From: Candidatus Latescibacterota bacterium
Lineage (GTDB): Bacteria > Latescibacterota > UBA2968 > GCA-2709665
Assembly (NCBI GenBank): GCA_965222075.1
Contig: OZ244937.1
Location: 4,288,001-4,352,000 of the forward strand
Direction of reading: 5' to 3'
Length of the DNA stretch: 64,000 nt
Positions 50,538-58,447 of the stretch are shown here, piece after piece; within the stretch, counting starts at the first letter, position 1, and each line of letters begins with the position of its first letter. Both the position numbers and the translations under genes were made by a program. The notes under the pieces are model-generated. The model saw only the letters and a program-made list of their open reading frames with translations, was not told the origin of the DNA and did no database searches.

Positions 50538-51917
50538 TCAAAACACCCGTACAACCGCCCCTCGCTCCTCCTCCAGACGCGCTTGAACCTGCTCGGGCGT
50601 AATGGTGTTCTCGGGCCATTCCTCCGGCGGCACGTGGGAAAGCCGGAGCAGAATCCGCGCGAGTTGGCCCACATACTCCTTGAGTTCTCTCACATTCAGC
50701 TTGTCCGCCGTATCGCCCCCCTCGTGGTGGAACTCGGCGTCCGCATGCCTGCTGTGAAACCGCCAGCGCCACAGAAACGCCGCATCCAGCCCCGTCTGCA
50801 GAAAAGGAAAGTGGTCAGAGGAGGGATCGATCTGGGCCATTACATGGCACTTCAGCCCCTCGTTCATCGTATCGAGCTGCTCCTGAACCAGGTCCCTCAA
50901 GTGGGGAAAGCCGAGTACGATCCCCTTAATCGGCCCGGTCGACAACTCGTCTAAGTTGATCGCCAGCCTCGGCGGCGTCTCCGGCCCGTAGTGGCGCGCC
51001 ACATAAGCTGACGCCCCCTGGAGCTTCTGCTCCTCAGCGCTGAACGTCACGAACCGGACCGTTCTGCCCGGCGCGCACCCGGTCTCCGCGCGCAGCTGCG
51101 CAAGCACCCGTGCCGTCTCCATCACAGCGATCGTACCCGACGCATTGTCGTTTCCGCCTGGCGCTCCGTAAACGGTATCGTGGTGTCCCCCCAGCACCAG
51201 ATGCTCCTCGGGCCAGCACGCACCCGAAAGCTCGCCCACCACATTGGCCGAAGGCGCCGTGTAAAACCTACTTTCAACCCCAACCTCCAGTTCCCGGTCT
51301 TCCAGCGCAAACCGCTGCAGCAGCGCCCCGTGTTCCCAAGACGTCACCACCGTCGGCAGCGGGTGCTCCTGAAGGCCCGGGTCCCGCCAGTCGCTGGCGC
51401 TGTGGTACTCCATGCGGCGCCCGTCTTTCTTCTCGATCACCACCCCCACCAGGGCCCCGGCCTCCGCCAGCAACCGGAGACGACAGGCGTGGTGGACCGG
51501 CGTCGTAAACGGCTCGAACGCCAGGAACATCACGGCAACCGAGCCCGCCAGCCGATCCCGGACCTGCTCGATCTCCCGGGGCGTCCCGTACCCCACGTCC
51601 ACAATTGCCCCCCGCACGTCGAACGGCGGACAGCGGTTGAAGGGCAGCACGTCAACCGGGAAATCGCCGGGGGCAACCCGGGCCTCCGCCCGGCTCCATG
51701 CCCAGGTGTCCACCTGGTACTCCTCCAGGGCAACACGGTCCAGCTCCTCAGCCTCCAGTTGACCCTGGATATAAGCAATCGCCTCTTTCTCCGCCTCGGA
51801 AGACGACCAGCGAGGCCCGATATTCTCGCACAACTCGCACACGTGCGCCTCAATATGAGACCCGGTTATTGCCTCGCCCATCATCCACCGATCCAGTGTT
51901 CGCCAGTCCAGATTCAT
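50538..51917 (-). CDS. M28-family metallopeptidase with PA domain
   Basis: GGHHDT, GNDNASG, FSAEE, INLD, SDHFPF. Confidence 0.88.
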   Translation of the reverse strand: MNLDWRTLDRWMMGEAITGSHIEAHVCELCENIGPRWSSSEAEKEAIAYIQGQLEAEELDRVALEEYQVDTWAWSRAEARVAPGDFPVDVLPFNRCPPFDVRGAIVDVGYGTPREIEQVRDRLAGSVAVMFLAFEPFTTPVHHACRLRLLAEAGALVGVVIEKKDGRRMEYHSASDWRDPGLQEHPLPTVVTSWEHGALLQRFALEDRELEVGVESRFYTAPSANVVGELSGACWPEEHLVLGGHHDTVYGAPGGNDNASGTIAVMETARVLAQLRAETGCAPGRTVRFVTFSAEEQKLQGASAYVARHYGPETPPRLAINLDELSTGPIKGIVLGFPHLRDLVQEQLDTMNEGLKCHVMAQIDPSSDHFPFLQTGLDAAFLWRWRFHSRHADAEFHHEGGDTADKLNVRELKEYVGQLARILLRLSHVPPEEWPENTITPEQVQARLEEERGAVVRVF

Positions 51918-52138
51918 ACCGCCCCCTCTTGAATTTGCAGAGACGGACCCCTATTCATCCTCCCTCTGCTTAACCTCCACAATAGCAAAAGAGGTGAAAT
52001 CTTCTTCTTAGATTTTTGCAGGCCAAACACCTGCAATATAATGTAAAAACCCTGGATGTCAACGACCATATCGGGAAAATTCGGACAACGGTTATAACGC
52101 TTGGCGTTGAACGCATTCCGTTATATATTTTACATGAA

Positions 52139-52309
52139 CGTGATGTGTGACTTCAAAAGAAGACAGCGAGTAATTTGACCTCACACAAAGGCACGAAGAC
52201 ACAAAGGGGGCTATCAGCTATCAGCCCCCGCACATCCGCCCCAAGGCAAGATCGCTGCATGGCTTGTTTTGCTGACTGCTGACCACTGATCCTGAAGTCA
52301 CACATGGCG
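52139..52309. mobile_element. MITE-like non-autonomous element (171 bp)
   Basis: TIRs CGTGATGTGTGACTTCA / TGAAGTCACACATGGCG (15/17, inner 13 perfect) flanked directly by TTTTACATGAA at 52128-52138 and 52310-52320. Confidence 0.75.
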
Positions 52310-52356
52310 TTTTACATGAATAGCGAGTTAACCAAAAGTTGCTCCCCCCCCAAAAA

Positions 52357-54018
52357 ATGACATTCGTCCCCTTCAAAATCACCGCCGCCGGCCTTGTCGC
52401 CGCCAACAGCGCCGTCCGCCTCGTCCTCTCTCCTCTGGGCAACCCTCCCCCGTTGGGCGATGACACGCTACTTGAAGAGACCGAATACAACCTTCTTGTT
52501 CGCAAACGGCGCGGCCGGGGAGGCCTCCGGCTCGAAATCGACGGTCAGAACGCCGAAGAGGTCGGTTTTCTCCGCGGCAAAAACGCCCTCTGGGGCCGCC
52601 TCAACACCGGTGACCGCCCCGGCCGCATCCGGTTGCGCGTCACCTTCGATGATCGGGAAGCCCTCTGCACGGAAATCGACGTCCGCCCCACCAAACTCGA
52701 CTATGAAACCCACTTCCAGGCCATGCGGGCCGACCTGGAAGCCATCTGCCGAGGCCTCGCCTATGCACCGCCCCGGGCCGCGCGGGTCGGTGCCCAAACC
52801 GGCAAAGGGAAAAGCACCCCGCTCGACTTCCTCCAGGCCGCACAGGCCCGCCTCTGCCGCCTCTGCCACACCCTCTGGAGTATCCTCAAACATCCCGACC
52901 GGAGGCTCGTCTCCCACCGCACGGTGCGGCCCGTCTCCCTCGCCCGGGGGCACGACCCCGCTTCGACCGCCTACCTCCTCCGCAATCCCTCTGTCTGGAC
53001 CCCCCTTCCCGACGGCCCCACACGCTTGGTTCCGCTCACCTCCGGAAACCGCCGCATCGGTTACACCGCCCTGGAAGAAACCGACCGCCATCCCAGCACC
53101 CACACTCCGGCCAACCGCCACCTCGTCGCCGTTTTGGACCACCTCTGCTGTCGGGCCCGTTCTATCCACCGCACCCTCGGCCAGGACGCCGGCCCCTACC
53201 CCGACCTCTGCCGCCGCATCCAGACCCGGCTGGGCCGCATGCTTCGCTCCACCCCGCTCCAGGGCGTCCCCCCGGCTGCGCCATCCCATCCCATCCCCAC
53301 CCACCTCGACGTCCGCTATACCACCGCCTTCGCCCTTTGTCGGGAACTGATGCAGGCCCTCGCCTCCTGCGCGGGCGGCCCCTTCAACCTCGCCTACCGC
53401 GACACCCCCACCCTCTACGAATACTGGACCTGGTTCACCCTCACCCGGGCCTTCCTCCACCTCGGCTTCTCCCCGGCTCCCAACAGCGCGGACCGCCTCT
53501 TCCGGCTCTCGGCCCGCGGCCTCACCGTCCGCCCGCTTCAGGGCGACGCCTCCGCCATCGATCTCCTCGCCGGAGACCGCAGGGTCCGCATCCTCTACAA
53601 CCCCACCTACACCGTCCGGGGAGGCCGCTCCGTCACCCACGACCTGCGGCCCGACATCGTCGTCGAAATCTGTCATCCGGGCGGACGCCGGCAGCTCCAC
53701 GCCTTCGACGCCAAATACCGCAGGAAATGGCATGCAGAGGGTGAGGGAGGCTTCTGGATCCCCACCCGCGAGGACATCGACAAAATGCACGCCTACCGAG
53801 ACGCCATCGGACAGGTCTCTCCAGAGGGATTCCAGCGCGTCCTCCAGAATGCCGTCGTCCTCTTTCCCGCCCCCGCAGACCCCCGCTATCGCACCCACCG
53901 CTTCTACGCAAGCCTCGACCACGGCATCGGCGGCCTTCCCCTTTTGCCCGGAGATCCAGAGACCGTAGCGCAACTTCAAGCCGACCTCCGGAACCGCCTC
54001 CTCAGCCAACACCCCTGA
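52357..54018 (+). CDS. McrC-like DUF2357 + PD-(D/E)XK nuclease
   Basis: PTKLDYE..F..M..DL, T.ANR, TLYEYW, RPDI...FDAKYR, DIDKMHAYRDAI, IGGLPLLPG. Confidence 0.85.
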   Translation: MTFVPFKITAAGLVAANSAVRLVLSPLGNPPPLGDDTLLEETEYNLLVRKRRGRGGLRLEIDGQNAEEVGFLRGKNALWGRLNTGDRPGRIRLRVTFDDREALCTEIDVRPTKLDYETHFQAMRADLEAICRGLAYAPPRAARVGAQTGKGKSTPLDFLQAAQARLCRLCHTLWSILKHPDRRLVSHRTVRPVSLARGHDPASTAYLLRNPSVWTPLPDGPTRLVPLTSGNRRIGYTALEETDRHPSTHTPANRHLVAVLDHLCCRARSIHRTLGQDAGPYPDLCRRIQTRLGRMLRSTPLQGVPPAAPSHPIPTHLDVRYTTAFALCRELMQALASCAGGPFNLAYRDTPTLYEYWTWFTLTRAFLHLGFSPAPNSADRLFRLSARGLTVRPLQGDASAIDLLAGDRRVRILYNPTYTVRGGRSVTHDLRPDIVVEICHPGGRRQLHAFDAKYRRKWHAEGEGGFWIPTREDIDKMHAYRDAIGQVSPEGFQRVLQNAVVLFPAPADPRYRTHRFYASLDHGIGGLPLLPGDPETVAQLQADLRNRLLSQHP

Positions 54019-54137
54019 AAAAAAGGGCCGGTCCTGAAGACCGATCCACCGTTGTAAAATACCTCGTGGTAGGTTATATTTTATGCATCTCCGGATTTTC
54101 CCGTGTACGATAACGTAGCACTTCATTCCGCAATCCC

Positions 54138-54401
54138 ATGACCGACGCCCAGCTCCTTCAGGAATTTGAAGCCCTCGCCGAACGCCTCGACATCCAGGTC
54201 TCCCGCGAAGACCTGGAAGGCAGGTCAGGCGGCCTCTGCATCTTTCGGGGAGAACGCCTCCTTATCCTCGGCTGCAGCCTTGACGTCCGCACCCAGGTCG
54301 AGGTCTTCGCCCGCGAACTCGCCCGACTCCCCCTGGATGATCTCTACATTCTCCCCCGCGTCCGGGACCGCATCGACGCCTACCGGGAAACGCGGGTGTA
54401 G
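54138..54401 (+). CDS. Conserved-looking 87-aa hypothetical protein (ImmA/IrrE-like N-terminal fold without HExxH)
   Basis: LAERLDIQV.RE..GGLC..RGE..LI...L..; possible promoter TTGTAA-17 nt-TATATT at 54052-54080. Confidence 0.65.
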   Translation: MTDAQLLQEFEALAERLDIQVSREDLEGRSGGLCIFRGERLLILGCSLDVRTQVEVFARELARLPLDDLYILPRVRDRIDAYRETRV

Positions 54402-54481
54402 CCCTCACTCGCTGCGCTTGGCGCCCCTCTACTCCACCAAACACCGGCAAAAATAATCTTTCAGATACCCGGGTACAGCTG

Positions 54482-54842
54482 TTCTTTTGCTCCTGGCCTT
54501 TTTCTTGCTCGCCCAAGAAAAAGGCCGAAAAAGAAGGGCGCCTGCCTGCGCGGCGCACCGCGCTGCAGGCAGGCCGCTCAGGCGCCGCGGGGGCTGCTTT
54601 TCCGCGAATAGCCCCTGTGGTGGAAGCAGAAGCTTCTGCCCTGCGGACCTTTGGGGCGTTTCTGGGCGATGGTGCTGGAGGGAACCGCGCGGAAAAGCCC
54701 CTTCCCCCCGCCCCGAAGGCGCTGGAGGCGAGACGCGTGAGCGGACGTGTACGGACGGCGAACGTTACAGGCTTAAAATCCCCAGCGGTCTTCGCGCGGC
54801 TGCAAAAGCGTCGGTCGGCGAGGGTCTTCAGTAGAAGACCCT
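54482..54842. ncRNA. Candidate large structured RNA or palindromic repeat element
   Basis: At least six perfect stems of 7-14 bp, including long-range nested pairs; no credible ORF. Confidence 0.4.
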
Positions 54843-54874
54843 ACTGCGTTAGGTATATAAGTCACTTTAAGAAA

Positions 54875-56896
54875 TTACAACAACACCCGCGGAAATGTGC
54901 GCACCCACCGATCCTGGTGGTGGGGCATGCTGTTGAGGGTGATGTTCAGGTCGATGGTGATGTGGAAAGCGGTTTCGGTGGTGCGGAGGTTGCAGACGGC
55001 ATCCACGGTGATGACCCCGTCGGTGCGGACGATGCGGCGGAGGTGTTTGCCGGTCGCCACGACGTCGGCGGGGTTGCGGTTGCTGGCCCAGACTTCGAGC
55101 TGTCGGGTGTTGGTGATTTCGGTGGTTTCGCTGACGCGATCCGTTGCGCGGGTGAGGGTTTTCAGGCCGACTCTGTCGCCGAGGATGTCGTGGACGATTT
55201 CCCAGACCGGCTCGCCGGGGGAGAGACCGTAGGGTTGGGTGACGGGTTCGGAGGGTTCGAATTTCATCTCGTCCGACGGTTGTTTGAGGGGGACAACAGG
55301 GAGGATCAGACGGGAGGGATGGGCTTCGTTGTGGTAGACGTCATTCGTGCCCGGATAGGGAGTGGGCCAGAGGTTGGGGAAGTCTGCGCTGGAGACAGAG
55401 AGGCGGATGCGGTGGCCGGGGTCGAAGCGCCAGGCGGTGCAGTCCAGGACGACCGTGAGTTCGTAAATCTCGCCCGGTTTGAGGGGCGTGGGGTCGGTGA
55501 GGGATTCGTGGCGGGTGGCGTTGAGGACGCCGGAGCAGACGAGGGCGCTGACGCCGTTGGGGGCAACGTCGCAGAGGCGGGCGACGAAGGCCATAACCGG
55601 GGCGGTGGAACTGACATGGAGGACGGCGCGGGGCATGCCCAGGATTTCGAGGGGGACATCCAGGGGCTCGGTAGTGTAGGTGAGGGCGTGGATCTCGTCG
55701 GGGCGCTGATCTGTGGGCATACCGAAGGGGACGCCGCCCGACCAAAGGCCGCCGCAGGTGCCGAGGGTGGGGTGGTAGTCGAAGGCTTCGGAGGCTTCGG
55801 AGGCGGAAGGGGCGTGGGCGTCTAAGACGCCCTCATCGGAGAGGTAGAGCGTGCGTTTGCTGCTGTCGGGGACGGGAAAGGTGGACTCGGTGCGCCAGTA
55901 GCCGCCGGTGTAGAGGCGGTCGGCCCTGGGGTCGTCGTATTGCTGCATGTAGACACACACGGACGGCTCGTCCATGACGCCGTTTTCCTCCCCTTTGAGC
56001 CAGTGGTCGCACCAGCGGATGACTTCGCGGATGTAGTCGATTCCAGGGCCGGGAACCGCGACATCGGGGCGGGAATGGTTCCAGGGACCGATGAGGACTT
56101 TTTTGGGCACGGTGAGGTTTTCAAAGGTGCGCAGGGGGGGATTGGGGTAGCCGTCGCGCCAGCCGCCGATCATGAAGACAGAACACCGGATCTGATTGTA
56201 ACGGCCCCGGATGCTTCCCGGGCGCCAGTAGTCGCCGTCGGTCGGGTGTTCCAGCCAGGAGAGGAGGTAAGGGACGTTGTTTTCAAGGTGTTCCTCCCAG
56301 ATGCGCGCCCACGCATCGCCGCTGTATTCGGGGTAGGGGGGCATGGCGTTCATGCCGATCATGGAGGCGCCGTATGCGCCGATGTCGTAGTAGCAGCGCC
56401 AGCAGCCGCCCCGGTAGTGGCAGTCGTCGGTGAAGCGGTCGTCGGTGAAGTACATAGGGATAATGGTGGTGAGATGGGGAGGGTGGAGGGCGGCGACCTG
56501 GACGGCGGTAAAACCGCCGTAGGAGGCGCCGAACATGGCGGTCTTGCCGGTAGACCAGGACTGCTGTGCGATCCATTCAATTGCTTCGACGCAGTCCTGC
56601 TGTTCTCGCGGGGTGTATTCGTCGGTGTTGACGCCCTCGCTACTGCCTGTGCCTCGACAGTCGATGCGCGCGCCGATGAAGCCGTGCTGCGCAAAGGTGT
56701 TGTGATAGCCCGAATAGGGGGCGGAATCGTCTTTTCGGTAAGGGATGTATTCCAGGATAAGCGGGCGGGGGGCATGCTGCCAGTCGTCGGCGTCGGGGAC
56801 GTGCATGTCCATAGCCAGGTGGACGCTGTTGGCGGTGGGGACCATGATGTTTTTGATGAAGCGGACGCCGTCTTTTGGGGAGAGTTCGATGGGCAC
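54875..56896 (-). CDS. CocE/NonD (S15) family serine hydrolase
   Basis: EYIPYRK, D.RGTGSSEG, GASYGG, IGGWRDGY, IGPWNH, PepX C-terminal domain. Confidence 0.9.
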   Translation of the reverse strand: MPIELSPKDGVRFIKNIMVPTANSVHLAMDMHVPDADDWQHAPRPLILEYIPYRKDDSAPYSGYHNTFAQHGFIGARIDCRGTGSSEGVNTDEYTPREQQDCVEAIEWIAQQSWSTGKTAMFGASYGGFTAVQVAALHPPHLTTIIPMYFTDDRFTDDCHYRGGCWRCYYDIGAYGASMIGMNAMPPYPEYSGDAWARIWEEHLENNVPYLLSWLEHPTDGDYWRPGSIRGRYNQIRCSVFMIGGWRDGYPNPPLRTFENLTVPKKVLIGPWNHSRPDVAVPGPGIDYIREVIRWCDHWLKGEENGVMDEPSVCVYMQQYDDPRADRLYTGGYWRTESTFPVPDSSKRTLYLSDEGVLDAHAPSASEASEAFDYHPTLGTCGGLWSGGVPFGMPTDQRPDEIHALTYTTEPLDVPLEILGMPRAVLHVSSTAPVMAFVARLCDVAPNGVSALVCSGVLNATRHESLTDPTPLKPGEIYELTVVLDCTAWRFDPGHRIRLSVSSADFPNLWPTPYPGTNDVYHNEAHPSRLILPVVPLKQPSDEMKFEPSEPVTQPYGLSPGEPVWEIVHDILGDRVGLKTLTRATDRVSETTEITNTRQLEVWASNRNPADVVATGKHLRRIVRTDGVITVDAVCNLRTTETAFHITIDLNITLNSMPHHQDRWVRTFPRVLL

Positions 56897-57221
56897 GGTA
56901 TTTTCTCCGGACCTAACCTCCCGGCCCCTCCCCGCGTCGGGGAGAGGCATGGCGGTCGGGTGGGCGATGGTCGCTACAGAAAGACAGCAAAGGCGCGGAC
57001 AATAAGTAAATTGGAAATGACGCCGGATGCAAGCCTTTTTCAAGCACGCCGGTGTCTTCCGGAGGATTGCCGGGTCGGGAGGTCCAGCAATTTGAGCGCT
57101 GTGGAAAGCATCGGGCGCAATCACTTTCTGCTTTGATCATATGATGAATAACGATATCTTGAGGTGAGTCTGAAAATAAAGCCCGTGGGGCTTTGAGAAC
57201 CGGAGAATCGCTGGAGATTTT

Positions 57222-58328
57222 GTGATGAACGATCCGTTTCTTTTTACCCGGCTTGTCCGCAGCCTGCCGACGACGGTGCCGTTCGTAGGGCCCGAGACGC
57301 TGGCGCGGCGAAGCGGACGGGCTTTCAAGGTCCGATTGGGGGCGAATGAAAGCGCGTTCGGGATTTCGCCCAAGGCACACGAGGCGATGCGGGAGACGAT
57401 CAAGCGGGTGTCGTGGTACAACGATCCGGACAACTACGAGATTCGAGCGGCGGTGGCGGCATTCCATGGGATGCCTTTCGAGAATGTGGGCATCGGGAGC
57501 GGGATCGACGATCTGCTGGGGCTGGTGGTGCGGATTTTTATGGAGCAGGGGGAGACTGCGGTGACGTCGCTGGGGGCGTACCCGACGTTCAATTACCATG
57601 TGACGGGGTTCGGCGGGCGATTGCATTTTGTGCCTTATCGGGACGACCGGAACGACTTAGAGGCCCTGGCCGATGCCGCAGCAGAGACCGAGGCGCGGCT
57701 GGTGTACCTGTCCAATCCGGACAATCCGGCGGGGACGTGGCACGTTTCCAGAGACCTTGAGGCGTTTGCGGACCGGCTGCCTGAAGGGTGTATTCTGATT
57801 TTAGACGAGGCTTATGTGGAGTTTGCAACGGGTGAAGCGGTTCTCCCGCTGGATCTGGTGGACCCGCGCGTGATCCGGATGCGCACCTTTTCCAAGGCGC
57901 ATGGAATGGCCGGAGCGCGCATCGGGTACGCGATTGCAGCGGCAGAGATCGTCAACGCGTTTGAGAGGGTGCGGCACCACTTCGGGGTGAACCGGATCGC
58001 GCAGGCAGGCGCGCTGGCTTCACTTGGGGACCCGGACTTTGTAGAGCGCGTGGTGGAGGCCGTGGCAGAGGGGAGGCGGGACTACGAGGCGCTGGGGCGC
58101 GAACTGGGGTTGCCCACGCTGCCGTCGGCGACCAACTTTGTTTCGTTCGACGCAGGGGACGCAGACCGGGCGAAGTGGATGATGGATACGCTGCTGGAGC
58201 GGGGCGCGTTTGTGCGGAAGCCGGGCGCGCCGCCGTTGGACCGCTGTTTCCGGGTGACGGTGGGGACGGCGCCGGAGCGGGAGGCGTTTGCGGAGATTTT
58301 GAGAGAAGTGGTTGAGATTGAAGGTTGA
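57222..58328 (+). CDS. Histidinol-phosphate aminotransferase-like class I/II PLP enzyme
   Basis: LGANE, NPDNPAG, LDEAYVEF, RTFSKAHGMAGARIGY. Confidence 0.88.
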   Translation: MMNDPFLFTRLVRSLPTTVPFVGPETLARRSGRAFKVRLGANESAFGISPKAHEAMRETIKRVSWYNDPDNYEIRAAVAAFHGMPFENVGIGSGIDDLLGLVVRIFMEQGETAVTSLGAYPTFNYHVTGFGGRLHFVPYRDDRNDLEALADAAAETEARLVYLSNPDNPAGTWHVSRDLEAFADRLPEGCILILDEAYVEFATGEAVLPLDLVDPRVIRMRTFSKAHGMAGARIGYAIAAAEIVNAFERVRHHFGVNRIAQAGALASLGDPDFVERVVEAVAEGRRDYEALGRELGLPTLPSATNFVSFDAGDADRAKWMMDTLLERGAFVRKPGAPPLDRCFRVTVGTAPEREAFAEILREVVEIEG

Positions 58329-58342
58329 AAAGGAGGTGTGGG

Positions 58343-58435
58343 ATGGCGCTGATGGCCGGGGAGACGCTCAATTTTGAGGTTACCGTGGTGGATGTGCGCG
58401 ATGCAACCGACGAGGAACTGGAGCACGACCCTTAA
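58343..58435 (+). pseudogene. 30-aa SlyD/FKBP-type PPIase remnant (start fused to the C-terminal end)
   Basis: AGGAGG RBS; MALMAGETLNFEVTVVDVRDATDEELEHDP matches the SlyD C-terminal LAGxxLxFxVxVxxVRxATxEELxH pattern. Confidence 0.7.
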
Positions 58436-58447
58436 CAGGTTTTGTTG

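Noticed and set aside
54395-54440. CTCCACCA resembling a tmRNA/tRNA 3' end
   Set aside because: No T-arm (GTTCGA) or matching acceptor stem upstream.
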